Source: Bryobacterales bacterium (GTDB lineage: Bacteria > Acidobacteriota > Terriglobia > Bryobacterales > Bryobacteraceae). From it: DNA of 64,000 nt. Under the pieces are notes generated by a model that saw only the letters and a list, made by a program, of their open reading frames with translations, was not told the origin of the DNA and did not search any database. How positions within the stretch are numbered: position 1 is the stretch's first letter; every line of letters begins with the position of its first letter. Below, piece after piece: positions 35,186 through 44,053 of this stretch. Position numbers and translations under genes: made by a program. The stretch spans positions 5,713 through 69,712 of the forward strand of contig JAHCHD010000002.1 of NCBI GenBank assembly GCA_026129915.1, in the 5' to 3' direction.

Positions 35186-37558
35186 TCAGGGATTTCCCGA
35201 TAGGAGTTCTAGTATTCTCACCCGGCGTTTCGATTGCGCAGGCAGCAACTCCCCATAAGTATCGAGCGCCTGCCGCGCCAACCGTGCCGCCAGCGCGGGG
35301 TTCCGCCTGGCCGCGCATTCTGCCTTGTAGAACAACTGATTGCCCTTCCAGGTGCGGGGCAACTTGCCCGCGGTTAGTGCGTCCTCTTCCTGGAAGAGCG
35401 CTTCGGCCTCCTGGCAGGCGCCGCACTTGGCGCAGACCTCGGCGGTATCCGCCACCAGCATCCAGAAACTGGACCCCACCTCCTCGCGGCGGCTACGCGC
35501 CGATGCGAGGGCTTCCCGGGCAATGGGCAAGGCACCTGCGCAGTCTCCGGCATTGGCCGTGCTGCCCGCCAGCATCGTTCTCAGGCGCAGTTCCTCGAAG
35601 GGATTCACAACACCCGGCGCCAGCCGCGCGGCTTCGCGCAAGTCCGCTACCGCATCGGCGCTCCGGTTGGCAGCAGCATGGGCCTGGGAGCGCACCCGCA
35701 GCAGGGCCACCTGGAAATACGCTCCATCGGGATGCGATCGCACCAGCCCCAGGCCTGCGTCGGCTGCCTGCAGCGCGTCCCCGGGTCTTCCAGCACGCGA
35801 CTGCATCAGGCTCAGTTGCAATTGCAGTCCGGCGCGAGCGACGGGTGGGGCCACGCCGAACTCCTCATCGGGCAGCGATGCGGCGTCAGCAATCGCGGCC
35901 AGCAGGAAGCCAATCGCTTCCTCCGGTTTGGCCTCACATCCTTCGCTCGCCGCTGCTCCCGCCACCAGGAAGTCCACCTGCCGCCCTGGGGCAAGTCTCC
36001 CGCCGGATCGTTCCCGCAGACCGTCCCCACCACGCAGCAGGTCCATGGCTTCCTCGCACGCACCTCGCCGGCGCAACAGGTTTGCCAACACCGCCCTCGC
36101 TTTCAGTTGCGCTTCCAGGCTGCTGCCGCGTTCCGCGCGCTCCACCGCCTTGCGGGCCATGGGCTCCGCCAGATCTTCCCTGCCGTGTTCCTGGGTTAGG
36201 AAGGCGAAATCGGACTGTAAGTTTGCGGCCACCGCATCCGGCAGCGACGTGCCGACATCCAAGCGCGCACTGCCGCGCTCCACCATCTCCGCCACCGTCA
36301 TGGCCCGTTTGCCGCTGCCCGGCGTGGCGGAACTGGTGATCATCCAACTCAGGAAGCGCGCAATCTGCTGGCCATGTCTGGCCTCCTGCAGGGCGATGCG
36401 CTGCTGCCACCAGGCATATCCCGCCAGCGCCGACACCGCCACGCAGGCGACGCCCGCCACCGAGATCGCGGCACGATGCCGCGCCGCGAAGCGCCCGGCG
36501 AGGTATCCCAGGGATGCGGGACGCGCCCGCACCGGCCGTTTCTCCAGATGTGCGCGCAGGTCGGCCGCAAACTCCGCCGCGGAGGCATAGCGCTGGCCGG
36601 GGTCGAAACGCAGGCTCTTGGAAACGATGGCATCGAGGTCCGCCTCCCCGGTGCGTACGCGCAGGCGCGCGGTTCCCGCTGCCCGCTCCCCCAAGGCCAC
36701 AATCGAATGCGCATGCCCGAAGGGCCACTCCCCGGTGAGCAGTTCATGCAGCAGAAGCCCCGCACTGTAGATGTCGCAGGCAGTGGAGACCGGTTCACCG
36801 CGCAATTGTTCGGGACTCGCATAGCGCGGCGTGAGTTGCTCCGTGGCCGTGTCATCGTGTTCGTGCAACAGCTTCGCCGTGCCAAAATCCAGAATCCGCA
36901 CACGTCCCGCCCCATCCACCATCACGTTGGACGGCTTCAGGTCAAGGTGCACCACCAGGCTGCGGTGCGCGGCATGCAGGGCATCCAGCAATTCCACCAT
37001 CAGACGGATGGCTGGTTCCCTCCTTGCGGTTTTGGCGCCCCCGCTTTGCTGGCGGAAGTATTCGTCGATGCGCAGGCCATCTACCCAATCCATGGCGAAG
37101 TAGGGGCGCCCCCCCTCCCAGCCTGCTTCCACAAAGCGCGCGATGCCTGGGTGGTCAAGGTTCAGCAGGATCCGCTGTTCGCGCTCAAACCGTTCCAAGT
37201 CCTTGGGCGCGATCAGATGCTCGTGCATCACCTTCAAGGCCACCCGCTGCTGCGTGCCTGCCGTACTCCTGGTCGCCTCGAACACTCGTCCTTTGCCACC
37301 AGCACCTGCCGCGCGAAGAATCTGGAAGGGGCCGATCTGGTCTGGCGCCGCAGGCACTTCCGCCGCCACCTGCCACGCATTGGCTTGCGCCACCGCCTCT
37401 GCTTCCGATGCTTCCAGCAGCTCCAACACCTGGGAACAGAGATCCTCATTGGCTTCCAGGACCGCCAGCCGCTGGCGCCACTCCGTTGGCGGCCACTGAG
37501 ATGCCGTGTCGAATAACTCCTGGATCCGCGACCAGCCGCGTTGGTTTGGCATGTCCAT
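35186..37558 (-). CDS. Ser/Thr protein kinase with TM segment and C-terminal TPR-like domain
   Basis: Hanks motifs are GAGGKGRVFEA, VALKV, HRSLVHLDLKPSNVM, DFG and SPEQ. A TM segment (AISVAGVACVAVSALAGYAWW) is followed by Ala/Leu-rich repeats. I chose ATG 37558; TTG 37570 is the alternative. Confidence 0.9.
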   Translation of the reverse strand: MDMPNQRGWSRIQELFDTASQWPPTEWRQRLAVLEANEDLCSQVLELLEASEAEAVAQANAWQVAAEVPAAPDQIGPFQILRAAGAGGKGRVFEATRSTAGTQQRVALKVMHEHLIAPKDLERFEREQRILLNLDHPGIARFVEAGWEGGRPYFAMDWVDGLRIDEYFRQQSGGAKTARREPAIRLMVELLDALHAAHRSLVVHLDLKPSNVMVDGAGRVRILDFGTAKLLHEHDDTATEQLTPRYASPEQLRGEPVSTACDIYSAGLLLHELLTGEWPFGHAHSIVALGERAAGTARLRVRTGEADLDAIVSKSLRFDPGQRYASAAEFAADLRAHLEKRPVRARPASLGYLAGRFAARHRAAISVAGVACVAVSALAGYAWWQQRIALQEARHGQQIARFLSWMITSSATPGSGKRAMTVAEMVERGSARLDVGTSLPDAVAANLQSDFAFLTQEHGREDLAEPMARKAVERAERGSSLEAQLKARAVLANLLRRRGACEEAMDLLRGGDGLRERSGGRLAPGRQVDFLVAGAAASEGCEAKPEEAIGFLLAAIADAASLPDEEFGVAPPVARAGLQLQLSLMQSRAGRPGDALQAADAGLGLVRSHPDGAYFQVALLRVRSQAHAAANRSADAVADLREAARLAPGVVNPFEELRLRTMLAGSTANAGDCAGALPIAREALASARSRREEVGSSFWMLVADTAEVCAKCGACQEAEALFQEEDALTAGKLPRTWKGNQLFYKAECAARRNPALAARLARQALDTYGELLPAQSKRRVRILELLSGNP

Positions 37559-37637
37559 AGATTGCCTCAATCCATTGTTAGCGACATGCGCGCAATTTCC
37601 GACTCAGCCCCTTCCGCCCACCCGCTACAATTGCATC

Positions 37638-38303
37638 GTGGACGCCACGATCACCAGAGCGCTCGCCGATTGGGCGGCAGGGGACCAGTCGGCCCTGGAT
37701 CGCCTCGCACCGGCCGTCTATCCCAGATTGCGCGAGCTGGCGCGGGCTCTGCTGAACCGCGAGCGTCCGGGGCACACCCTGCAGGCTACCGCCCTGGTGA
37801 ACGAACTGTTCCTGAAGCTGATCGCGCAGCGTGAACCGCGCTTCGACGACCGGCAGCATTTTTACAACGCTTGCGCCAAGTTGATGCGGCTGGCTCTGAT
37901 TGACTATGCCCGCGGCGCGAATCGCGACAAGCGCGGCAACGGGCAGCAGCCGCTGGCTCTGTTGGAGGATGAGGATAACGTCCGTCCGGCATTGGTCCCG
38001 CTGCACGCGGAACTGGCCTGGCTGAATGCCGCGGGCCCGCAGATGATCGACCTGGACCGGCTGCTGCATGAACTGGCGGGCATTGATCCTTCCCTCGTTG
38101 CGATGTTTGAAGCCCGCTACCTGCTCGGCTGCACCGCGGAAGAAACGGCGGAACTGCTGCACACCTCAAAGGCAACAGTGGACCGAAAGGTGAAGCTAGC
38201 GCGAGCGTGGCTCTACCAGCGACTTCGCCCGCAGACCGGGGCGACGCCCGGGAGCCCACGCAGCTTGCCTCCCGACGGGAAAGCAACCGCTGGGACCGCG
38301 TAG
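37638..38303 (+). CDS. ECF sigma factor of the kinase-associated type
   Basis: Motifs are ITRALADWAAGDQSALDRLAPAVYPRLRELARALLNRERPGHTLQATALVNELFLKL and a region-4 HTH. It is divergent from the kinase. I chose GTG 37638; earlier starts would overlap the kinase gene. Confidence 0.8.
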   Translation: MDATITRALADWAAGDQSALDRLAPAVYPRLRELARALLNRERPGHTLQATALVNELFLKLIAQREPRFDDRQHFYNACAKLMRLALIDYARGANRDKRGNGQQPLALLEDEDNVRPALVPLHAELAWLNAAGPQMIDLDRLLHELAGIDPSLVAMFEARYLLGCTAEETAELLHTSKATVDRKVKLARAWLYQRLRPQTGATPGSPRSLPPDGKATAGTA

Positions 38304-38310
38304 CCTGGGC

Positions 38311-38340
38311 CCAATTGAAATCCAGCCAATTGAAATCCAG
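38311..38340 (+). repeat. Perfect 15-nt direct repeat x2 (ccaattgaaatccag) abutting the PadR promoter
   Basis: Read directly. The second unit ends one nucleotide before the -35 hexamer. Confidence 0.85.
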
Positions 38341-38341
38341 C

Positions 38342-38370
38342 TTGACAGGCGGCTTAGGCATCGATACTAT
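38342..38370 (+). promoter_or_regulatory. Near-consensus sigma-70-type promoter for the padR-permease operon
   Basis: TTGACA (38342-47), a 17-nt spacer, then TACTAT (38365-70). The padR ATG is at 38386, which implies a very short leader. Confidence 0.6.
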
Positions 38371-38385
38371 ATCCCTAACGCCATT

Positions 38386-38712
38386 ATGCCTAAAAAAGAA
38401 ATGCCTTCTGGTGCGCTTACGCTGTTGATCCTGCGCGTGCTTAAGTCCGGGCCGATGCATGGATACGCCATTGCCCAGCGGATTCACGTCCTCTCCTCAG
38501 AGGTGCTGCAGGTGGAGGAAGGGGCGCTCTACCCGGCGCTGCAGAAGATGCTGCTGAACGGCTGGGCGACCTCGGAGTGGGGGGTGTCGGAGACTAACCG
38601 CAAAGTACGGTTCTACCGGCTGACCCCGGCGGGCCGCAAGCATCTGGCGGCGGCGCTCGACGATTACAACCGGGTGCACGAAGCCATTCGAGCCGTTCTG
38701 AAGACGAGTTGA
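38386..38712 (+). CDS. PadR-family transcriptional regulator
   Basis: The motif LLILRVLKSGPMHGYAIAQRI..EGALYPALQKMLLNGW..RKVRFYRLTPAG is present. Confidence 0.9.
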   Translation: MPKKEMPSGALTLLILRVLKSGPMHGYAIAQRIHVLSSEVLQVEEGALYPALQKMLLNGWATSEWGVSETNRKVRFYRLTPAGRKHLAAALDDYNRVHEAIRAVLKTS

Positions 38713-38725
38713 GGCAGGTACCCCG

Positions 38726-41284
38726 ATGATGACTTTGCTGCGCCGTCTCTACTATCTGCTGAATCGCCGCCGCTTCGATGAAGAGCTGGCCAACGACCTG
38801 GAGTTCCACCGGGAGATGTCCGGCCGGGAATGGCATGTGCCGTTGGGCGATACGCTGCGCGTGCGCGAGGAATCGCGCGATGCCTGGGGCTGGACATGGA
38901 TCGAACGGTGCGGACAGGACCTCCGCTATGCCGCGCGCCTGCTGCGTACCTCGCCGGCGTTCACGCTCTCTGCCTTGCTGATGCTCGCGGCTGGTATCGG
39001 CGTGAATGTGGCGGTATTTGGATTCTTCAGCCTGATCGCGCTCCAGCCGCTGAACGTCACCGAACCCGATTCGCTGCTTCGTTTCCACCGCCGCGGCGTG
39101 GACCAATATGCGTTCTCAGTCCCTTATCAGGAGGCGGCCTTCTTTCGGGAGCATGCGCGTACTCTTTCGGCCGTCATCGGAGTGAACCGGTCCAGCGTAT
39201 TTCTGGAAGGGGAAAGGGAGCTACAGCAGAGCTGTTTCGTAACGGCCAACTTCTTTTCCGCGCTCGGTGGCGGGGTGCAGTTGGGGCGGGTGTTGCATGC
39301 GGAACGCGATGAGGCACCGGATGCCGAACCGGTGGTGGTGCTGAGCGATGGTTTCTGGAGGACCCACTTCGGTGCTGATCGCTCGATTGTGGGGCGAAGT
39401 ATTCGCGTCAACGGCCAGCCGGCGACGGTGGTGGGCGTGGCGGCGAGGGAATTTGGCGGCGTGGGAACCGGTTTGAACCCGCCGGCGTTCTGGGCTCCGA
39501 TCGCGCAGCAGCCTTACTTCGTGAAGGGCAGCACGTTGCTGACGGACTGGTCAGTAGAGAGCCCGGGGGTGAGCCTGTGGGGACGGCTGGCGCCGGGCCA
39601 GAGCGCCAAGGCGGCCGAGGACGAACTGGAGTCCCTGGCCGCGGAATTGCGTCTGCAGCAACCGGAAGCGATCTGGGAAGGGGAACGGCTGCTGAGCGAA
39701 CCGGGCGGATATGCCATCACCATGATGGCGGGCACTCGCCGTGGCACGGGAGCCGTCGTACGGCGCGATCCGGTGTACCCGGTGATTGGCCTGGTGGGGA
39801 CTATGACGCTGCTGGTCCTGGTGGTGGCGTGCGGGAACCTGGGGAGCATGCTCATGGCGCGGGGCGTGGCGCGGCAGAGGGAGATCTCGATTCGTGTGGC
39901 GATCGGCGCGGGCAATGGAAGGCTGGTGCGCCAGTTGTTCACCGAGAGCTTGCTGCTTGGATTGGTGGGGTCGGCCGCGGGATTAGCGCTGGGGGCGACG
40001 GTGCTGCAGGGCTTGCTGACGGCTACGGGATCTCCGGCATGGATGGATGCGACGCCGGGTTGGCGCGTGGCAACGTTCGCGCTGGGGATGGGCTTTTTAT
40101 CGGCAATTTTGTTCGGCCTGACGCCCGCCCTGCAGATTGGACGGCAGCGGCACCGGGCGCACTCGGCGAGACAGATCCTGATTGGAGCGCAGGTAGCGGC
40201 GAGTTGCGTCCTGTTGATTGTGGCAGGGTTGCTGGCACGGGCCTTGAACCATGCCACGGGGAGTTCGCCGGGCTTTGAGTACGAGCGGGTGATTACGATG
40301 TCGCCGGGCTTGGCCGAGAATGGCTACACGGCGGCGCGAGCCCGGAGCTATCTGGAAGGAATGCACGAACGGTTGCGGGGCATCTCGGGAGTGGAATCGG
40401 TGGCCCTGGCGCTGAGTCCACCCTTGGGCCGGATGACGATGACGGCTGTGGCCCAGGTGGACGGGCGCCAGGTCGGCTTTCAGATGAGCCACGTGAGCGG
40501 CGAGTTTTTCGAGACCATGGCCATCCCGGTGCTGCGGGGGCGTCCGTTGCGGACGGACGAGCGGCGCGTGGTGGTGGTTAGCGAAGCGCTGGCGCGGCAG
40601 GCTTGGCCGGGTGAGGACGCCTTGGGGAAGAGCCTGGAGTTGGGTGACGTGTTTACGGTGGTGGGTATTGTGGGCCACGTACGGTCGTTGAAGTTCGGCG
40701 AAACGGATACGGTGCAAGCGTACTTTCCGGTGGAGGAACACCATTGGCCATCGCTGACATTGCTGGTGAAGACGGCGGATTCGCCAAATGCATTGGCAGG
40801 CACGGTGTTGACGGTGGCTAGGCAGGTGGACCCGAACCTGTTTCCCGCGGTGGACCTGATGAGCAACGCGTTTCGCGCGCGTCTGGAGGGAGCCGAATAC
40901 AGCACGCTGGCAGTAAGTTCGCTGGGATTATTGGCCCAGATTCTGGCATGCTTCGGGATTATAGGGGTGGTGTCTTACTCGGTGTCGCAACGGACCCGGG
41001 AGATCGGCATCCGGATGGCGTTGGGTGCTCCGCCGGTGCGGGTGCTGGCGGTGGTGCTGCATCACCTTACCGTGCCCGTTAGCATTGGGCTGGCAGTGGG
41101 GTTACTGGCAGCAGCCGGGCTCTCGCAAGTGCTCCGAGGCAGGCTATACGGCCTGAGCCATTTCGACGCCGGCGCGTACGCAGGAGCGATCGTACTGTTT
41201 CTGGTGACAGCGGTGATCGCAGGGGCGATACCGGCGCAACGGGCTCTTCGTGTCGATCCACTGCAGGCGTTGCGGCATGAATGA
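38726..41284 (+). CDS. ADOP-family duplicated FtsX/MacB-like ABC transporter permease
   Basis: 852 aa with two MacB-periplasmic/FtsX modules. It has a RTREIGIRMALGA motif and a typical PadR-linked N-terminus, RRRFDEELANDLEFHREM. Confidence 0.85.
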   Translation: MMTLLRRLYYLLNRRRFDEELANDLEFHREMSGREWHVPLGDTLRVREESRDAWGWTWIERCGQDLRYAARLLRTSPAFTLSALLMLAAGIGVNVAVFGFFSLIALQPLNVTEPDSLLRFHRRGVDQYAFSVPYQEAAFFREHARTLSAVIGVNRSSVFLEGERELQQSCFVTANFFSALGGGVQLGRVLHAERDEAPDAEPVVVLSDGFWRTHFGADRSIVGRSIRVNGQPATVVGVAAREFGGVGTGLNPPAFWAPIAQQPYFVKGSTLLTDWSVESPGVSLWGRLAPGQSAKAAEDELESLAAELRLQQPEAIWEGERLLSEPGGYAITMMAGTRRGTGAVVRRDPVYPVIGLVGTMTLLVLVVACGNLGSMLMARGVARQREISIRVAIGAGNGRLVRQLFTESLLLGLVGSAAGLALGATVLQGLLTATGSPAWMDATPGWRVATFALGMGFLSAILFGLTPALQIGRQRHRAHSARQILIGAQVAASCVLLIVAGLLARALNHATGSSPGFEYERVITMSPGLAENGYTAARARSYLEGMHERLRGISGVESVALALSPPLGRMTMTAVAQVDGRQVGFQMSHVSGEFFETMAIPVLRGRPLRTDERRVVVVSEALARQAWPGEDALGKSLELGDVFTVVGIVGHVRSLKFGETDTVQAYFPVEEHHWPSLTLLVKTADSPNALAGTVLTVARQVDPNLFPAVDLMSNAFRARLEGAEYSTLAVSSLGLLAQILACFGIIGVVSYSVSQRTREIGIRMALGAPPVRVLAVVLHHLTVPVSIGLAVGLLAAAGLSQVLRGRLYGLSHFDAGAYAGAIVLFLVTAVIAGAIPAQRALRVDPLQALRHE

Positions 41285-41324
41285 GCAGGCGGATTCAGGC
41301 ACGCCGCCGCCCCGATGCGGACGA

Positions 41325-41489
41325 CGCACCCGCGAGATCGGGATACGAGGGCTTACCGCTTGGAGCCATACGCTCCATCACTGTCTGGCTGGTTCTGCGC
41401 GACGCGCTGCGAGGATCACGGCGGGCGTTGCCATCGCCTTGCCCCGCGGTTGGGCGTTCGGCAGCCGTGCAAGCGGGCTAAGGGAATAG
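41325..41489 (+). pseudogene. Degraded fragment of a second ADOP/FtsX permease C-terminus
   Basis: RTREIGIR is followed, across shifting frames, by ALGAIRSITVWLVLRDALR and ITAGVAIALP.GWAF. These are FtsX-domain segments without an intact ORF. Confidence 0.45.
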
Positions 41490-41588
41490 CCGGCTGGTTT
41501 GTCCGGCTGGGAAGCGTCCCCCACCAGCCCATCGGACCGCGTTAGCGGTTCAACAGCAGATTGGTTCCCTCACCCGAGGGTTTCGAGG

Positions 41589-42005
41589 TTAAGGCGCCTG
41601 TTCCTGGTAGAACTGCTTCACCCGGCCATGGATCTGGTCGCGGATGCGGCGGAACTCGTTCAGCCGGTCTTCCTCTGGTCCATCCACTGCGGCCGGGTCC
41701 TCAAAGCTCCAGTGGATTCGTTCGGTGCCTGCTGGGAAAACTGGGCAGTTGTCCCGGGCGTTGTCGCAGACGGTCACCACGTAGTCGAAGTGCTGCCTGT
41801 AGAACTCGTCCACCGCTTTCGAGCGATGGCCGGAAATATCGATCCCCAGTTCCGCCATCACCTTGATGGCTTCCGGGCGCACCAGCGTAGCGCGTGTGCC
41901 GGCGCTCTCCACGTGGAAGCGCCCACCGCCCTCGTGGCGGAACAGGCCCTCTCCCATCTGGCTGCGGGCAGAATTGGCGGTGCAAAGTACAAGGATTCGT
42001 TTCAC
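41589..42005 (-). CDS. arsC: Arsenate reductase, LMW-PTP/thioredoxin-coupled type
   Basis: It has the P-loop CTANSARSQMGEG and the downstream Cys pair VCDNARDNCP. Confidence 0.9.
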   Translation of the reverse strand: MKRILVLCTANSARSQMGEGLFRHEGGGRFHVESAGTRATLVRPEAIKVMAELGIDISGHRSKAVDEFYRQHFDYVVTVCDNARDNCPVFPAGTERIHWSFEDPAAVDGPEEDRLNEFRRIRDQIHGRVKQFYQEQAP

Positions 42006-42057
42006 GTGTCCCCCAGGATCTTCAGAAGTCCAGGCTCGGCAGCGTTTGCGCTTCCCG

Positions 42058-42405
42058 CTACGAATTGCATGCGGATAGGATTTCCTCCACCGCGATCACC
42101 TGGCTCCGCGTACAGCATTCCGCATACAGGAAGCTCAGCAATTCGCGCAGTACATCCACATTCGCGGTGTACCACAGTGAGGTGCCGTCCCGGCGCATTG
42201 CGATCAGGTCTTCGTTACGAAGCTTCTCCAGGTGATGCGACAGCGTGGATGACGGAATCCCCAGTTCCGCCTGGATATCCCCCGCCTTCGCACCTGTGGG
42301 ATGCGTGGCCAGCAACAGCCGCACAATCCGCAAGCGAGGCTCGCTACCCATCGCGGCAAGCATGTCCGCAAAGCGCGGAGTTTGGTCAAGTTTTCGCTTT
42401 GCCAT
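42058..42405 (-). CDS. arsR: ArsR/SmtB-family repressor with C-terminal Cys cluster
   Basis: The wHTH is FADMLAAMGSEPRLRIVRLL..STLSHHLEKLRNEDLI. There is no CVC in helix 3, but the C-terminus has AECC..(N14)..C. ATG 42405. Confidence 0.85.
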   Translation of the reverse strand: MAKRKLDQTPRFADMLAAMGSEPRLRIVRLLLATHPTGAKAGDIQAELGIPSSTLSHHLEKLRNEDLIAMRRDGTSLWYTANVDVLRELLSFLYAECCTRSQVIAVEEILSACNS

Positions 42406-42456
42406 GCACTTCGGCTCCCCCGTATTTCGATGATACCAGAAGAAGAAAAATTCACC

Positions 42457-42485
42457 TTGACGTCGTTCTGTATTTCTACTAGTAT
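42457..42485 (+). promoter_or_regulatory. Candidate sigma-70-type promoter of the arsM-arsA-acr3 operon in the divergent arsR/arsM region
   Basis: TTGACG (42457-62), a 17-nt spacer, then TAGTAT (42480-85). It is bracketed by the inverted 9-mers tatttcgat (42423-31) and atcgaaata (42484-92). Confidence 0.5.
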
Positions 42486-42559
42486 CGAAATATATGCGGC
42501 AGGGCATACGCCGGGTCGTACGCGGAACAGTTCACCTCGGGAATCGAAAGGGCAACGCA

Positions 42560-44053
42560 ATGGAAGCCATGAATGAACAGGAAGTGAAGCAGTATGTAAA
42601 GGCGAGGTACGGCCAAGCCGCGGCTCGCATCAGTGGAGGGGGCGCCTCCTGCTGTTCGGGAGGAGCTTCCTGCGGCGAGAAAGACCCAATCACAGCAAAT
42701 CTCTATGGAAGCGAGGAGGCGGGCTCCGTTCCTGAGGAAGCCATCCTCGCCTCACTTGGCTGCGGCAATCCCACCGCTCTTGCGGCCCTCAACCCCGGCG
42801 AAGTTGTCCTCGATCTGGGCTCCGGCGGGGGCATTGACGTCCTGCTCTCCGCCCGGCGTGTCGGCCCCACCGGCAAGGCCTACGGCGTCGACATGACCGA
42901 CGAAATGCTTGCTCTCGCTCGCGAGAATCAGCGCAAGGCCGGTGTCGAAAACGTCGAATTTCTGAAGGGCGAAATCGAAAGCATCCCTCTTCCCGATAGC
43001 TCGGTGGACGTCATCATCTCGAACTGCGTCATCAACCTTTCCGCCGACAAGGACCGCGTCCTCCGCGAAGCTTTCCGCGTCCTCAAACCCGGTGGCCGCT
43101 TCGCCATATCAGACGTCGTGGTGAAAGGCGGAGTGCCCCTGGCGATTCGGAAGCACCTGGAACTTTGGGCAGGCTGCATCGCAGGAGCCCTGGATGAAAC
43201 AGAGTATGTCGACAAGCTCACCGCCGCCGGCTTCGACGGCATCAGCATCGAACCCACCCGCATCTACCGCGCCGAGGACGCACGAGGATTCCTGGCCGGT
43301 GCTGGCTTCAGCAACATCGACGAAATCGTGCAGCTGGTAGAGGGCAAGTTCTTTAGCGCTTTCGTCCGTGCAGCGAAGCCTGTAACCGCTGTGTCTCAAG
43401 ATGGCCGGGTGGGAACCACGAAGAAGTTGCAGGTATTCGATCCGGCGATGTGTTGCTCGAGCGGAGTCTGCGGACCCGATCCAGACCCAGTGCTGCCGCG
43501 ATTCGCCGCCGATTTGCACTGGCTGGCCGATCAGGGTGTGGTGGTGGAACGCTACAATCTCTCCCAGCAGCCCCAGGCATTCGCGGCAAGTGAAATCGTT
43601 AAGGAGGCCTTGGCCAAGTATGGCGTTGATTGCCTCCCGCTTATTGTAGTGAACGACGCCGTGGTGAGCCGCGGGAGATACGCGGAGCGGGATGAACTGG
43701 CCCGGTTTGCCGGCTTGCAGAGTGAGCAGTCCGCGAGCCTCTACACGGAAGCGGTGGCGGAACTGGTGGCGATTGGCGCGGCAATCGCGTCGAACTGCGA
43801 GACGTGCTTCAAGTTTCACTTCGTGAAGGCCCGCAAACTCGGAATTTCCATCCAGGACATGGCCAAAGCCGTCGAGACTGCGCAAGCTGTGAAGGAAAGC
43901 CCATCGCGGTCGATGCTGGAACTGGCAAACCGCTTGCTTAGGGCTGCTGATTCGCCGGCTCCAACTGTACCGATGTCGCCGGTGATGCAGTCCGATTGCT
44001 GTGCGCCAGGCTCCGCATCATCCTCTGACGGCAACGGGAATTGCTGCTCGTGA
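42560..44053 (+). CDS. arsM: Apparent triple fusion: As(III) S-adenosylmethionine methyltransferase (ArsM) + ArsD metallochaperone + AhpD/carboxymuconolactone-decarboxylase-like domain + Cys-rich tail
   Basis: The ArsM part has the SAM motif [11 protein letters not shown] and the conserved Cys residues in LGCGNP, SNCVINL and WAGCIAG. The ArsD part starts at about 43421: [39 protein letters not shown]. The AhpD-like part starts at about 43739: [20 protein letters not shown]. The tail is SDCCAPG..GNCCS. All lie in one uninterrupted frame. Confidence 0.8.
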   Translation: MEAMNEQEVKQYVKARYGQAAARISGGGASCCSGGASCGEKDPITANLYGSEEAGSVPEEAILASLGCGNPTALAALNPGEVVLDLGSGGGIDVLLSARRVGPTGKAYGVDMTDEMLALARENQRKAGVENVEFLKGEIESIPLPDSSVDVIISNCVINLSADKDRVLREAFRVLKPGGRFAISDVVVKGGVPLAIRKHLELWAGCIAGALDETEYVDKLTAAGFDGISIEPTRIYRAEDARGFLAGAGFSNIDEIVQLVEGKFFSAFVRAAKPVTAVSQDGRVGTTKKLQVFDPAMCCSSGVCGPDPDPVLPRFAADLHWLADQGVVVERYNLSQQPQAFAASEIVKEALAKYGVDCLPLIVVNDAVVSRGRYAERDELARFAGLQSEQSASLYTEAVAELVAIGAAIASNCETCFKFHFVKARKLGISIQDMAKAVETAQAVKESPSRSMLELANRLLRAADSPAPTVPMSPVMQSDCCAPGSASSSDGNGNCCS

